From contig JAQUXC010000005.1 in the NCBI GenBank assembly GCA_028692545.1, forward strand, positions 1-62,216: DNA of 62,216 bases, given 5' to 3'. The position numbers and the translations under genes were made by a program. Positions 46,732 to 55,552 of this stretch are shown here, one piece after another. Numbering within the stretch: position 1 is the first letter of the stretch; each line of letters begins with the position of its first letter. Source of the DNA: Patescibacteria group bacterium (GTDB lineage Bacteria; Patescibacteriota; Patescibacteriia; UBA1558; S5-K13). Under the pieces are notes generated by a model. The model had not been told where the DNA came from and ran no database searches. It worked only from the letters and a program-made list of their open reading frames with translations.

Positions 46732-48435
46732 ATGGAAAATACAAAAAAGATAACAAACAAAACAAAATCAATTAATGCAAAATATATATTTGTATCCGGT
46801 GGTGTACTTTCAGGTCTTGGAAAAGGAGTAACTGCAGCATCAATAGGTTTACTTTTGAAAAGTAGAGGATATTCTGTAGGTGTTTTGAAATGTGAAAATT
46901 ATATAAATTTGGATTCTGGAACAATAAATCCAATAGAGCATGGAGATCCATTTTTGTGTGAAGATGGACTTGAGGCAGATATGGACCTTGGAACTTATGA
47001 AAGATTTCTAAATGAAGAAATGGGTCAAAAAAACTTTACAACAATGGGTCAAATTTATAATACTGTAATTCAACGTGAAAGATCATTTGGCTACAATGGT
47101 GAAGATGTAGAGGCAATTCCACATGTATCAAATGAAATAATAGGACGCATAAAAGAAGTTGCAAAGGGAAAAGAAATTGTAGTAATAGAACTTGGTGGAA
47201 CTGCTGGAGAATATCAAAATATGTTGTATTATGAGGCTTGTAGAATAATGAAAACAGAAAATCCAAGAGATGTAATAAATATTCATGTCACCTATGTTCC
47301 TATTCCAAATCATCTTGGCGAACCAAAAACAATGCCTACTCAAATGTCCGTAAGAACTCTCATGTCTATGGGAATACTTCCTGATTTTCTTGTACTTCGT
47401 GGAAATATGACAATAGATAAAAGAAGAAGATATCTATTAGGATTAAAATGCGGAATAGCTGGTGATAATGTTATTATGGCACCTGATTTGGATAATATTT
47501 ATGAGCTCCCACTTTTATTTGAAAAACAAAAATTTGACTTCAAAATACTCAAAAAATTAAATTTAAATCTAAAAACCTTGAATATAAGTAAATGGAAACA
47601 ATTAAATAAATTAATAAGGATAGATCACAAAAAAGAAATAATTATATATGTAATAGGAAAATATATTTCAACAGGAGATTTTGAACTACTTGATTCATAC
47701 GCATCTCTTATAGAGGCAATTCATCATGCATCATGGCACAACAGCTTGAATGTAAAGATAAAATTTATAAATAGTGAAGAAATAGAAAAACATGGAATAA
47801 AACTTATAAAAAATGATGCCTCAGGAATAATAGTGCCAATAGGTTGGGGATCACGAGGCACAGAAGGAAAAATAAAAACCATACAATATGCAAGAGAAAA
47901 CAAAATACCATATTTAGGACTTTGTTTTGGAATGCAATTAGCTTGTATAGAATATGCAAAAAATGTAATAAATATGAGTGATGCCTCATCAAGTGAAATA
48001 AATCCAAAATCAAAAAATCATATTATTCATGACATTCCAATGGAAGAAAAATATCAAACTATAAAAGGTAAAGGAACATCTATGAGACTTGGTGGATTTG
48101 ATTGTATAATAAAAAAAAATACTCTTGCCTATCAATGCTACATAAAACACAATGAGGGTAAAAAGATGAAAGATAATAATTTGAAAATATCTGAAAGACA
48201 CAGACATAGATATGAATTCAATAATAAGTATAGGGAAATATTAGAAAAAGCTGGAATGATATTCTCAGGCACTTCTCCAGATAATTTCTTTGTAGAAATA
48301 ATAGAGCTTCCAAAGAAAAAACATCCATTCTTTATAGCTACTCAAGGACATCCAGAATATAAATCAAGACCACTTTCTCCACATCCTTTATTTATGGAAT
48401 TTATGAAAGCTTCTTCTGAATACAAAAACAAATAA
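46732..48435 (+). CDS. pyrG: CTP synthase
   Basis: KYIFVSGGVLSGLGKGVTAAS, the GATase segment LGLCFGMQLACIEYA, and HRHRYEFN. Confidence 0.96.
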   Translation: MENTKKITNKTKSINAKYIFVSGGVLSGLGKGVTAASIGLLLKSRGYSVGVLKCENYINLDSGTINPIEHGDPFLCEDGLEADMDLGTYERFLNEEMGQKNFTTMGQIYNTVIQRERSFGYNGEDVEAIPHVSNEIIGRIKEVAKGKEIVVIELGGTAGEYQNMLYYEACRIMKTENPRDVINIHVTYVPIPNHLGEPKTMPTQMSVRTLMSMGILPDFLVLRGNMTIDKRRRYLLGLKCGIAGDNVIMAPDLDNIYELPLLFEKQKFDFKILKKLNLNLKTLNISKWKQLNKLIRIDHKKEIIIYVIGKYISTGDFELLDSYASLIEAIHHASWHNSLNVKIKFINSEEIEKHGIKLIKNDASGIIVPIGWGSRGTEGKIKTIQYARENKIPYLGLCFGMQLACIEYAKNVINMSDASSSEINPKSKNHIIHDIPMEEKYQTIKGKGTSMRLGGFDCIIKKNTLAYQCYIKHNEGKKMKDNNLKISERHRHRYEFNNKYREILEKAGMIFSGTSPDNFFVEIIELPKKKHPFFIATQGHPEYKSRPLSPHPLFMEFMKASSEYKNK

Positions 48436-48452
48436 AAATATATTACAATAAA

Positions 48453-48485
48453 AATCTCCAGGCCATTTGGCCTGGAGATTTTTTA
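48453..48485. terminator. Bidirectional rho-independent terminator between convergent genes
   Basis: AATCTCCAGGCC-attt-GGCCTGGAGATT is flanked by an A-run upstream and TTTTT downstream. Confidence 0.85.
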
Positions 48486-48509
48486 TAAAATTAATACTTT
48501 GTTATTAAT

Positions 48510-48836
48510 CTACAATCCACAAACTTCTGTCATAGAGGGACAATCAATAGCATTTATCATACAATCAACTTTTTCACTATCCCAATTTTTACATTCTTTT
48601 AAACAAGACTCATGTCCTTCAGTAAAAAATGCTTCATTTGCATTTGGAACTAAGGTCAAACAATTTTTTACATACTTATCGCAAGCAGCTCCACAATCAT
48701 TAGAAGCTTTATTTTCTATAATTTTTACTGTACTTGTAGAAAATTCATCTTGTTTTTCAACATATTTTTTGGAAGAACACGCACTCAAAGTAAAAACCAT
48801 AAACAACAACACAATTGAAAGAATAACTTTTTTCAT
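48510..48836 (-). CDS. Cysteine-rich lipoprotein (hypothetical)
   Basis: A lipobox signal, MKKVILSIVLLFMVFTLSAC. The mature part has 8 Cys. It is preferred over the overlapping plus-strand ORF 48499-48858, which has no such features. Confidence 0.7.
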   Translation of the reverse strand: MKKVILSIVLLFMVFTLSACSSKKYVEKQDEFSTSTVKIIENKASNDCGAACDKYVKNCLTLVPNANEAFFTEGHESCLKECKNWDSEKVDCMINAIDCPSMTEVCGL

Positions 48837-48873
48837 AAATTTTTTAATCCTATTTTAATTAATATTTTAAAAT

Positions 48874-49407
48874 CTAATTTAAAAAATTATTTAATTTTTC
48901 CAAAATCTGATCACTATAAGAACTATCAAGAAGATCTGATTCTTTTATTCCTAATATTTCTAAATATTTATTACATTGCTCAAGTAAATTTTCTCCAACA
49001 ATACCATCATCACCATCAATTGCCTCTATCTCTACAAAAGTTCCAAGTCCACTCACAGTATCCAAATGAAATTTCACATTATCTATAAAATATATTTCTC
49101 TTTGTTTATCGACTACTACCAATACTCCTAATGATTTCTCTAATACTTTTTTAAGTCCTGAATCTTTTTGAAATTCACAAAAAGTTACATTTGATTGTTT
49201 TGGACCACTTTTATCTTCACGTTCATAAAATATCAAATGATTTTCAATATTTCCTTCTCTAAGCTTCAATCTGCCTTTTGAAACTTTGAAATATGTATCT
49301 ATTTGGTGATCTGTACCAATAAATTTTGCATCATATGATTTAAGAATATCTCTTATTTTATCTTGATTTATACACTTTGCTTTGATTTCTATATTTGTAT
49401 GTTTCAT
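48874..49407 (-). CDS. CYTH domain protein (class IV adenylate cyclase / triphosphate tunnel metalloenzyme family)
   Basis: The N-terminal ExExK signature (NIEIKAK), then DTYF, RLKLRE and FVEIE beta-strand motifs. 177 aa. Confidence 0.8.
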   Translation of the reverse strand: MKHTNIEIKAKCINQDKIRDILKSYDAKFIGTDHQIDTYFKVSKGRLKLREGNIENHLIFYEREDKSGPKQSNVTFCEFQKDSGLKKVLEKSLGVLVVVDKQREIYFIDNVKFHLDTVSGLGTFVEIEAIDGDDGIVGENLLEQCNKYLEILGIKESDLLDSSYSDQILEKLNNFLN

Positions 49408-49429
49408 ATATTTAAAACTCTTTATTTTT

Positions 49430-50353
49430 TTACAAAAAGTTAAAACTCATTACAATTTTTTCAAAAATTTCTGTAATTTTTACTTTATCAAATTCTATAA
49501 TTCCTTGATCAGGAGAATAATTTCCTATATTTGTTGAGTGAATTGTGTATTCAATTGCATAGCACTCATCATTATAAATTGTTCTATAAGTTGTAGTCTC
49601 ATAAAAATTTCCAGCTCCTGCGTCAGCGAAACTGATTTTTGTAAATTCATGATTATTTATTGTAGCTTTTGTTGTACTTGTAGAATTTCCCAAATTATAT
49701 ATTAAACAATTTTTAACTGCATCAGTGTCAGCACTTACGCCAACTGTAAATTTTGCTTCAGAAAAATTTGTACTTTGTATAAATTCTCTAGGAATGACAA
49801 TTTGCGCAAGTACAAGTCCCAAATTTGTAGATTGCTGTGCCCAATTTTGACTATATCCAATTTCTCCACCTGACAATACAAATTCACTGGGAAATGAAAA
49901 TGAAAATATTTCAGAATTATCAATAAATATACTTGTACTGGTTGAAATTTTATCAAATTTAATATTTCCAGATACACAATTTGTATAAGTTTTAATATTA
50001 TTTTCTGTAAGATATGCATTATCACCTTTACTGAAAAATACTATTGATCCGAGTTCATAACGAACACCAGATGCAGAAATTGTTTGAAATAATGTAATTA
50101 TATTTCCATCTTTTAAAGTTAAATCTACTGTATTTGTAGTGTTTTCAGTTATATTATAATCTGCTTTTAAAAGTCCTTCTTGACAGTAATAATTCACTTC
50201 TTTAATTATTTTTATATGAGAAGGACTTATTACAGAATTTTGATTTGATTTTGTAAAAATATAAATTCCCAAAGCAACAAATACCAAAACTAATACAATT
50301 ACAATTATACGTAATAATTTTTTATTTAACCTATTAGATATATTTTTTCTCAT
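49430..50353 (-). CDS. Membrane-anchored protein with an MliC-like (C-type lysozyme inhibitor) domain plus an unknown C-terminal domain
   Basis: N-terminal TM segment. The Cys-bounded segment C..LTLKDGNIITLFQTISASGVRYELGSIVFFSKGDNAYLTENN...C resembles the MliC pattern (SASGxRY ... KGdeA). Confidence 0.55.
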   Translation of the reverse strand: MRKNISNRLNKKLLRIIVIVLVLVFVALGIYIFTKSNQNSVISPSHIKIIKEVNYYCQEGLLKADYNITENTTNTVDLTLKDGNIITLFQTISASGVRYELGSIVFFSKGDNAYLTENNIKTYTNCVSGNIKFDKISTSTSIFIDNSEIFSFSFPSEFVLSGGEIGYSQNWAQQSTNLGLVLAQIVIPREFIQSTNFSEAKFTVGVSADTDAVKNCLIYNLGNSTSTTKATINNHEFTKISFADAGAGNFYETTTYRTIYNDECYAIEYTIHSTNIGNYSPDQGIIEFDKVKITEIFEKIVMSFNFL

Positions 50354-50479
50354 ATATTTATTTTTAAAATACTGTTAATTAATTGAAATTACTAATTAGA
50401 TAATTATATTTATATAATGGGTTTCATAGATTTACTCATTATTTAATATATATTTTTTATTATACCCTCAAAACAAAAA

Positions 50480-51097
50480 TTATTGATTTATAATATTTTT
50501 TAATTGATCTAGATTATTTATCAAAAAATCTGGTTTTAGAGATTCAAGTCTCTCTTTGGTGGAAAACCCCCAAGTCACAGCACCAGTTTTTACCCCTACA
50601 ATTTTTCCTTCCTGTATTTCATGATTTGAATCTCCGATAAAAATTGTTTCTTCTATTTTGAAATTATTTCTCTTTATCAAATCCTTAAGTCCTTCTGATT
50701 TGTCATGAGCATCAGCTATCATATCAACAAATTCATTTTCCAATCCAAAACTTTTCATTTCGGATAAAAGTATTTCTGGTAAATCAGAACTGAGAATGGC
50801 CATTTGCAATCCTTGTGTTTTAAAATCTTTTATAACTTCATCAATTTTTGGATATAATTTTGCTTTTAGATATTTCAAAAAATATTTTTTGTAAGAATTT
50901 CGTACTTCTTCCACTGTTATATTTGGTAAATATATATTATAAAAACGTATATATGGTTGTTCCCAAGTATTTTTGAATTCTTCTATAGATATTTCTCGTG
51001 CGCCAAATTCTTTTAATATTTCATTTGTTACCAAAAGATTATTCTCAGCAGAGTCATTTATTACCCCAGACCAATCAAAAATTATATTTTTTATCAT
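50480..51097 (-). CDS. HAD superfamily hydrolase (phosphatase-like)
   Basis: Motif I is IIFDWSGVI. Other motifs are ILSSD and the C-terminal FIGDSNHEIQEGK. Confidence 0.75.
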   Translation of the reverse strand: MIKNIIFDWSGVINDSAENNLLVTNEILKEFGAREISIEEFKNTWEQPYIRFYNIYLPNITVEEVRNSYKKYFLKYLKAKLYPKIDEVIKDFKTQGLQMAILSSDLPEILLSEMKSFGLENEFVDMIADAHDKSEGLKDLIKRNNFKIEETIFIGDSNHEIQEGKIVGVKTGAVTWGFSTKERLESLKPDFLINNLDQLKNIINQ

Positions 51098-51101
51098 AAA
51101 T

Positions 51102-51587
51102 TTAATTTATTTGCGCCAAAAGTACTATATAATTCTTTCCATATACTTTTGCACATTTTGGACAGGTTGTATAGTAAAAATATATATTTTTTATTTCTTT
51201 GTTTTTATTTTTTACATATTCTTCCATTTCCTTTATCCATTTTGGAACATTTTGATATGATCCTTCAAAAACTTTTGTCAAAAATATACCCGTTAGTTTT
51301 GTCATTTGTGCACCTGGTACATCTTTTGTAACATCAATGTAAAGATCAGCACCCCAAAGCGATTTTTCATCAGTTATCATAATTTGATTATGCATTTTAG
51401 CATCAGCTTTTTCAATTAAATGCATATTTTTTACAATTTTATTTCCCATACCAAGAGGAATATGAAAAAAACTGACAACATGATCTTTGACAAAAATTTT
51501 ATCATTCCAGATTATTTCTTTTTCTTGCCATAGTTCTAGACTAAATGGTTCACAACAACCAGTAGATTTTACTATTTGTTCATTCAT
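51102..51587 (-). CDS. Conserved hypothetical Cys-motif protein (CC near the N-terminus, CPKC near the C-terminus)
   Basis: 161-aa ORF with STGCCEPF and YYTTCPKCAKVYGKNYIVLLAQI. It ends 4 nt before the HAD gene start. Confidence 0.65.
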   Translation of the reverse strand: MNEQIVKSTGCCEPFSLELWQEKEIIWNDKIFVKDHVVSFFHIPLGMGNKIVKNMHLIEKADAKMHNQIMITDEKSLWGADLYIDVTKDVPGAQMTKLTGIFLTKVFEGSYQNVPKWIKEMEEYVKNKNKEIKNIYFYYTTCPKCAKVYGKNYIVLLAQIN

Positions 51588-51673
51588 ATTTTTACTTGCC
51601 CTACCGTTTATTAATAATGTTTTTATTATACATCAAATAAGAAACAGACACCAAACACAACATTATTTAACTT

Positions 51674-51703
51674 TTGATATAGACATTTTCATCTAAATAT
51701 GAT
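51674..51703 (+). promoter_or_regulatory. Possible promoter of the tRNA cluster (TTGATA, 18 nt spacer, TATGAT)
   Basis: TTGATA at 51674-51679 and TATGAT at 51698-51703. Confidence 0.3.
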
Positions 51704-51839
51704 AACATTTTTTATTATTGGGTCGTAGCCCTACCTTTGCTATTTCTTTAGCTAAAGCTTCGAGAGTTAAAAGGCTACGGTAGGTAGGCAAAAGTGGTTT
51801 CATATCTCATCCAAAGTACATTTAAATTTTATTGAACAT

Positions 51840-51914
51840 TGGGTCGTAGCCAAGTGGTAAGGCAACGGGTTTTGATCCCGTCATTCGTAGGTTCGAACCC
51901 TACCGACCCAGCCA
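51840..51914 (+). tRNA. tRNA-Gln (anticodon TTG), CCA encoded
   Basis: The acceptor TGGGTCG pairs with CGACCCA. The anticodon arm is ACGGG-ttTTGat-CCCGT and the T-arm is GGTTCGAACCC. The gene ends GCCA. Confidence 0.9.
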
Positions 51915-52083
51915 CCCTTCGACAAACTCAGGGTGTCAAAATATCTATTTATTAAATTAATACATTTTTTATAAATATGTCTTATTGGATGTCCTAAGTT
52001 TATATAAGGATATTCAATTCGTTCCGCAATATGGGACTCACTCATGATTTCCATTTAAAAATACAAAAATTAATATCAAACAC

Positions 52084-52173
<90 letters not shown>

Positions 52174-52217
52174 ACACAATTTAGTATCGGTGTCAACCCT
52201 TTTACCTATGAGAGAAG

Positions 52218-52254
52218 GGCGACCTTAGTGGTTCGAATCCGTTCTGGCTCGCCA
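52218..52254 (+). other. tRNA-like 3' fragment (T-arm plus acceptor 3' strand plus CCA) with no matching 5' half
   Basis: AGTGG-TTCGAAT-CCGTT is followed by CTGGCTC-G-CCA. No complementary GAGCCAG-type 5' strand, D arm or 7-nt anticodon loop could be found upstream. Confidence 0.45.
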
Positions 52255-52257
52255 TGA

Positions 52258-52290
52258 CAAATCCATATACATATGGATTTTTGTTTTTTT
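52258..52290 (+). terminator. Rho-independent terminator closing the tRNA cluster
   Basis: AAATCCATAT-acat-ATGGATTT followed by TTGTTTTTTT. Confidence 0.8.
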
Positions 52291-52335
52291 AAAATCAAAA
52301 GAGTATTTTTTTATATTTTATGATAAAATATATTA

Positions 52336-53070
52336 ATGTTAATAATAGGTCACAGAGGCGCAATGGGTCATGAACCAGAAAACACACTGGTTTCTTTTGA
52401 AAAAGCTATAAAATTTGGCTTAAAAATGATTGAATTTGACGTTTATAAGTGTAAAAGTGAGGATATAGTAATAATACACGACGACACACTAAATAGGACT
52501 ACAAATGGAAGTGGTTATATCTGGAATAAGACATTAAAAGAATTAAAAGGTTTAAAAATAAAAAATAATATAAAGAGCTCAACTAGTACATCCCGTTCAA
52601 TTGGACAAGAAATTCCTACACTTATAGAAGCTCTTAATTTAATAGACAGAAAATGCAAAGTAAATATAGAATTAAAAGGTAAAAACACTGCAAAACCAGT
52701 ATTTGAAATTATAAAAAGACAGATAGAAGAAGAAAAATGGAAATATAGTGATTTTCTAATATCTTCATTTAGTAAAAAAGAAATAATAGAATTTCAAAAA
52801 TTTACAAAAAAAATAAAAACAGCAATCTGTATTAAAAAAACATCACTTGAAATTATAGAATTTGCAAAAAAAGAAAAACTTTATTCAATTCACCCAGGAC
52901 TAAAATGTGTAAATGAAAAATTTGTAAATCTAGCACATAAAAATAATTTCAAAATATATGTTTGGACTGTAAATGAAAAAGATGATTTTGAAAAAATGAA
53001 AAAAATAAAAGTTGATGGAATATTTACAAATTATCCAGACAAATTTTTAAAAAACATTAAATCAAAATAA
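52336..53070 (+). CDS. Glycerophosphodiester phosphodiesterase family protein
   Basis: IIGHRGAMGHEPENTLVSFEKAI..G..MIEFDV and IHDDTLNRTTNGSG. Confidence 0.88.
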   Translation: MLIIGHRGAMGHEPENTLVSFEKAIKFGLKMIEFDVYKCKSEDIVIIHDDTLNRTTNGSGYIWNKTLKELKGLKIKNNIKSSTSTSRSIGQEIPTLIEALNLIDRKCKVNIELKGKNTAKPVFEIIKRQIEEEKWKYSDFLISSFSKKEIIEFQKFTKKIKTAICIKKTSLEIIEFAKKEKLYSIHPGLKCVNEKFVNLAHKNNFKIYVWTVNEKDDFEKMKKIKVDGIFTNYPDKFLKNIKSK

Positions 53071-53071
53071 T

Positions 53072-53602
53072 ATGCAAATAAAAGGCAATAAAATAAATCT
53101 CCGACCAATGAAAATTTCTGATGTAGATTCTATTGTAGAAAATATAAATGATAAATTAATAGCACGATACACACAAAGATTACCTTATCCATATTTTAAA
53201 AAAGATGCTATTGATTTTATTAAAAAACAAAAAATAGGAAAAGATACAAAATTAAATCTTGGAATACAGGACAAAAAATCAGGAAAAATAATTGGTGGGA
53301 TAGGACTTGATGAAATAAATCAAAAAAACAAAAGCGCTGTTTTGGGATATTGGCTTGGAAAGAAATATTGGGGAAATAAAATAATGACAGAAGCTACAAA
53401 ACTAATCATAAATTATGCTTTCAAAAATCTAAAACTTCAAAGAATACAAGCTACTGTAATGCATCCAAATATTGTATCTATGAAAGTTTTGGAAAAAAAT
53501 GGCTTTAAATGTGAAGGAATACTTAGAAAAAAAATATTAAAAAATAATAAGTGGATGGATATTCATGTTTTTGGATTATTAAAAAATGAATTTAGAAAAT
53601 AA
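53072..53602 (+). CDS. GNAT family N-acetyltransferase (RimJ/RimL-like)
   Basis: LRPMKISD, LGYWLGKKYWGNKIMTEA, NGFKCEGILRK. Confidence 0.85.
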   Translation: MQIKGNKINLRPMKISDVDSIVENINDKLIARYTQRLPYPYFKKDAIDFIKKQKIGKDTKLNLGIQDKKSGKIIGGIGLDEINQKNKSAVLGYWLGKKYWGNKIMTEATKLIINYAFKNLKLQRIQATVMHPNIVSMKVLEKNGFKCEGILRKKILKNNKWMDIHVFGLLKNEFRK

Positions 53603-53605
53603 AAT

Positions 53606-54811
53606 ATGTCAGATAATGATAAGAAAAAAATATTAATAACAACATCAACTTTTCCAAAATGGGAAATGGATACAACACCACCATTCGTCTATGAATTATC
53701 CAAAAGACTAGTAGATGATTTTCAAATATTTATTTTAGCTCCGTACTCAACTGGCTCAAAAAAATACGAAAAAATTGATGGAATGGATATATATAGGTAT
53801 AAATACTGGTTTAACTCAAAAAATAATCTATCAGATGGAGCAATACTCCCAAATTTAAAAAAAAATAAATTATTTTATTTACAAATACCATTCTTTTTAT
53901 TATTTCAATTTTTAGCCATAAAAAAGATAGTAAAAAAAGAAAAAATAAACACCATTCATGCACATTGGATAATTCCACAAGGATTTGTTGCCGTTTTGTA
54001 TAAAAAAATTATAAATAAAAATATCAAAATACTATGCACAAGTCATGGTGCGGATATTTTTGGTTTACAAAAATTTAATTTTTTAAAAAAATGGATATTA
54101 AATAATTGCACAAGACTAACAGTTGTAAGTAATGCTATAAAAAATGAAGCTTTAAAAATTGGAAGTAAAATAAATACTGAAGTTTTACCTATGGGGGTTG
54201 ATCTTGATATATTTAATCCCAAAAACTATTCAGAAGAAATAAAAAGTAAATATAATATCAATGGTTCATTTTTATTATTTGTAGGTAGATTAAGCGAAAA
54301 AAAAGGAATAAAATATTTAATTGAAGCAATGCCAAGAATAATAGAAAAATTTCCTACAACAAAATTATTAATAATTGGAAACGGAGAAGAAAAAAACAAA
54401 TTAGAAAAATTATCAAAAACATTAAATTTAGAAAATAATATTATTTTTACTGGAGCGATTCATAATTTAGAATTACCAAAATATTATGCAACAGCTGATA
54501 TATTTATAGGTCCATCAATCATTACTAAAAATGGAGATAGAGAAGGATTACCAGTAACATACATGGAAGCTATGGCTTCTGGATCTGTATTAATAGGAAC
54601 AAATTTAGATGGAAATTATGATATACTTGATCATGAAAAAACTGGAATAATGATAAAACAACATAATTCTGTAGAGATAAGTAAATATGTTATAGAATTA
54701 CTAGATAATAAAGACTACAGAGAAAAATTAATTAAAAATTCAATACTTAAAATTGAAAATAATTATAATTGGAAAATTATTTCTAAAAAATATAAAGAAT
54801 TATTAAAATGA
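53606..54811 (+). CDS. GT4 (GT-B) glycosyltransferase
   Basis: FVGRLSEKKGIKYLIEA and REGLPVTYMEAMASGSVLIGTNLDG. TGA stop. Confidence 0.85.
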   Translation: MSDNDKKKILITTSTFPKWEMDTTPPFVYELSKRLVDDFQIFILAPYSTGSKKYEKIDGMDIYRYKYWFNSKNNLSDGAILPNLKKNKLFYLQIPFFLLFQFLAIKKIVKKEKINTIHAHWIIPQGFVAVLYKKIINKNIKILCTSHGADIFGLQKFNFLKKWILNNCTRLTVVSNAIKNEALKIGSKINTEVLPMGVDLDIFNPKNYSEEIKSKYNINGSFLLFVGRLSEKKGIKYLIEAMPRIIEKFPTTKLLIIGNGEEKNKLEKLSKTLNLENNIIFTGAIHNLELPKYYATADIFIGPSIITKNGDREGLPVTYMEAMASGSVLIGTNLDGNYDILDHEKTGIMIKQHNSVEISKYVIELLDNKDYREKLIKNSILKIENNYNWKIISKKYKELLK

Positions 54812-55542
54812 AAGAAGAAAAAGAAATTTATAATGAATTGCATAAAATTTGGGACTCAGGTCACAACTCTGGATCACCAACTTATTTAGTTAGAAAACAA
54901 TTATTAGACAAACAAATCAAAAAAATATTAAACAATAAAGTTAGTGTCAAAATTTTAGACTTAGGATGTGGAACTGGAGATTATATAAAAACTTTTGAGA
55001 AATATAATATAGATTATACCGGATTAGATCTGTCTGATTATGCTATAGAAAAATTGAAACAAAAATATAAATCTTACAAATTTATATGCGATGATTTATT
55101 AAAAATTGAAGGTAATTCTAAATATGATTTAATATTTATGAGTGAAGTTTTAGAACACATTGAAAATGAAAATTTATTTTTAGAAAAAATATACACATTA
55201 TTAAATAATAATGGAATTCTTATATTAAGCGTTCCTTATGATCCTAAATTATGGAATTATTCTGATGAACAAGCGCAACACAAAAGAAGATATACTAAAA
55301 AATATTTAAATGATAAATTAAAAGAAAACAAATTTAAACCCATAAATCTAATTTGTTATGGATTTCCATTTCTAAGAATATATTGGTTTCTTACTAAAAA
55401 TTATAGAAAAAATATACAGACTAGAAAATACAATAAACATTCATTATTAATAAAAATTATCGGAAAAATATTTCTATTAGATAAACTTTTTATTAAAACA
55501 AATTATGGAATTGGTCTTATATCTATTTCTAAAAAAAATTAA
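54808..55542 (+). CDS. Class I SAM-dependent methyltransferase
   Basis: ILDLGCGTGDY (motif I) and DLIFMSEVLEHI. The start overlaps the upstream stop (ATGA). Confidence 0.82.
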   Translation: MKEEKEIYNELHKIWDSGHNSGSPTYLVRKQLLDKQIKKILNNKVSVKILDLGCGTGDYIKTFEKYNIDYTGLDLSDYAIEKLKQKYKSYKFICDDLLKIEGNSKYDLIFMSEVLEHIENENLFLEKIYTLLNNNGILILSVPYDPKLWNYSDEQAQHKRRYTKKYLNDKLKENKFKPINLICYGFPFLRIYWFLTKNYRKNIQTRKYNKHSLLIKIIGKIFLLDKLFIKTNYGIGLISISKKN

Positions 55543-55552
55543 TTTTAATTAT

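Noticed and set aside
48499-48858. Plus-strand 119-aa ORF
   Set aside because: It fully overlaps the minus-strand ORF 48510-48836, which has a canonical lipoprotein signal peptide (L-S-A-C lipobox) and sits in a co-oriented operon after a bidirectional terminator. The plus-strand ORF has no start context or recognisable features.
50973-51696. Plus-strand ORFs 50973-51260, 51149-51331 and 51487-51696
   Set aside because: They are low-complexity, Phe/Ile/Leu-rich translations antisense to the HAD and CxxC-protein genes. They have no start context or motifs.
52174-52254. A third complete tRNA gene, or a tmRNA
   Set aside because: Only the T-arm, acceptor 3' strand and CCA are recognisable. There is no complementary 5' acceptor strand, D arm or 7-nt anticodon loop. 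A tmRNA would need about 300 nt of upstream sequence, and that space is occupied by bona fide tRNA-Gln and tRNA-Ser. It is reported only as a tRNA-like fragment.
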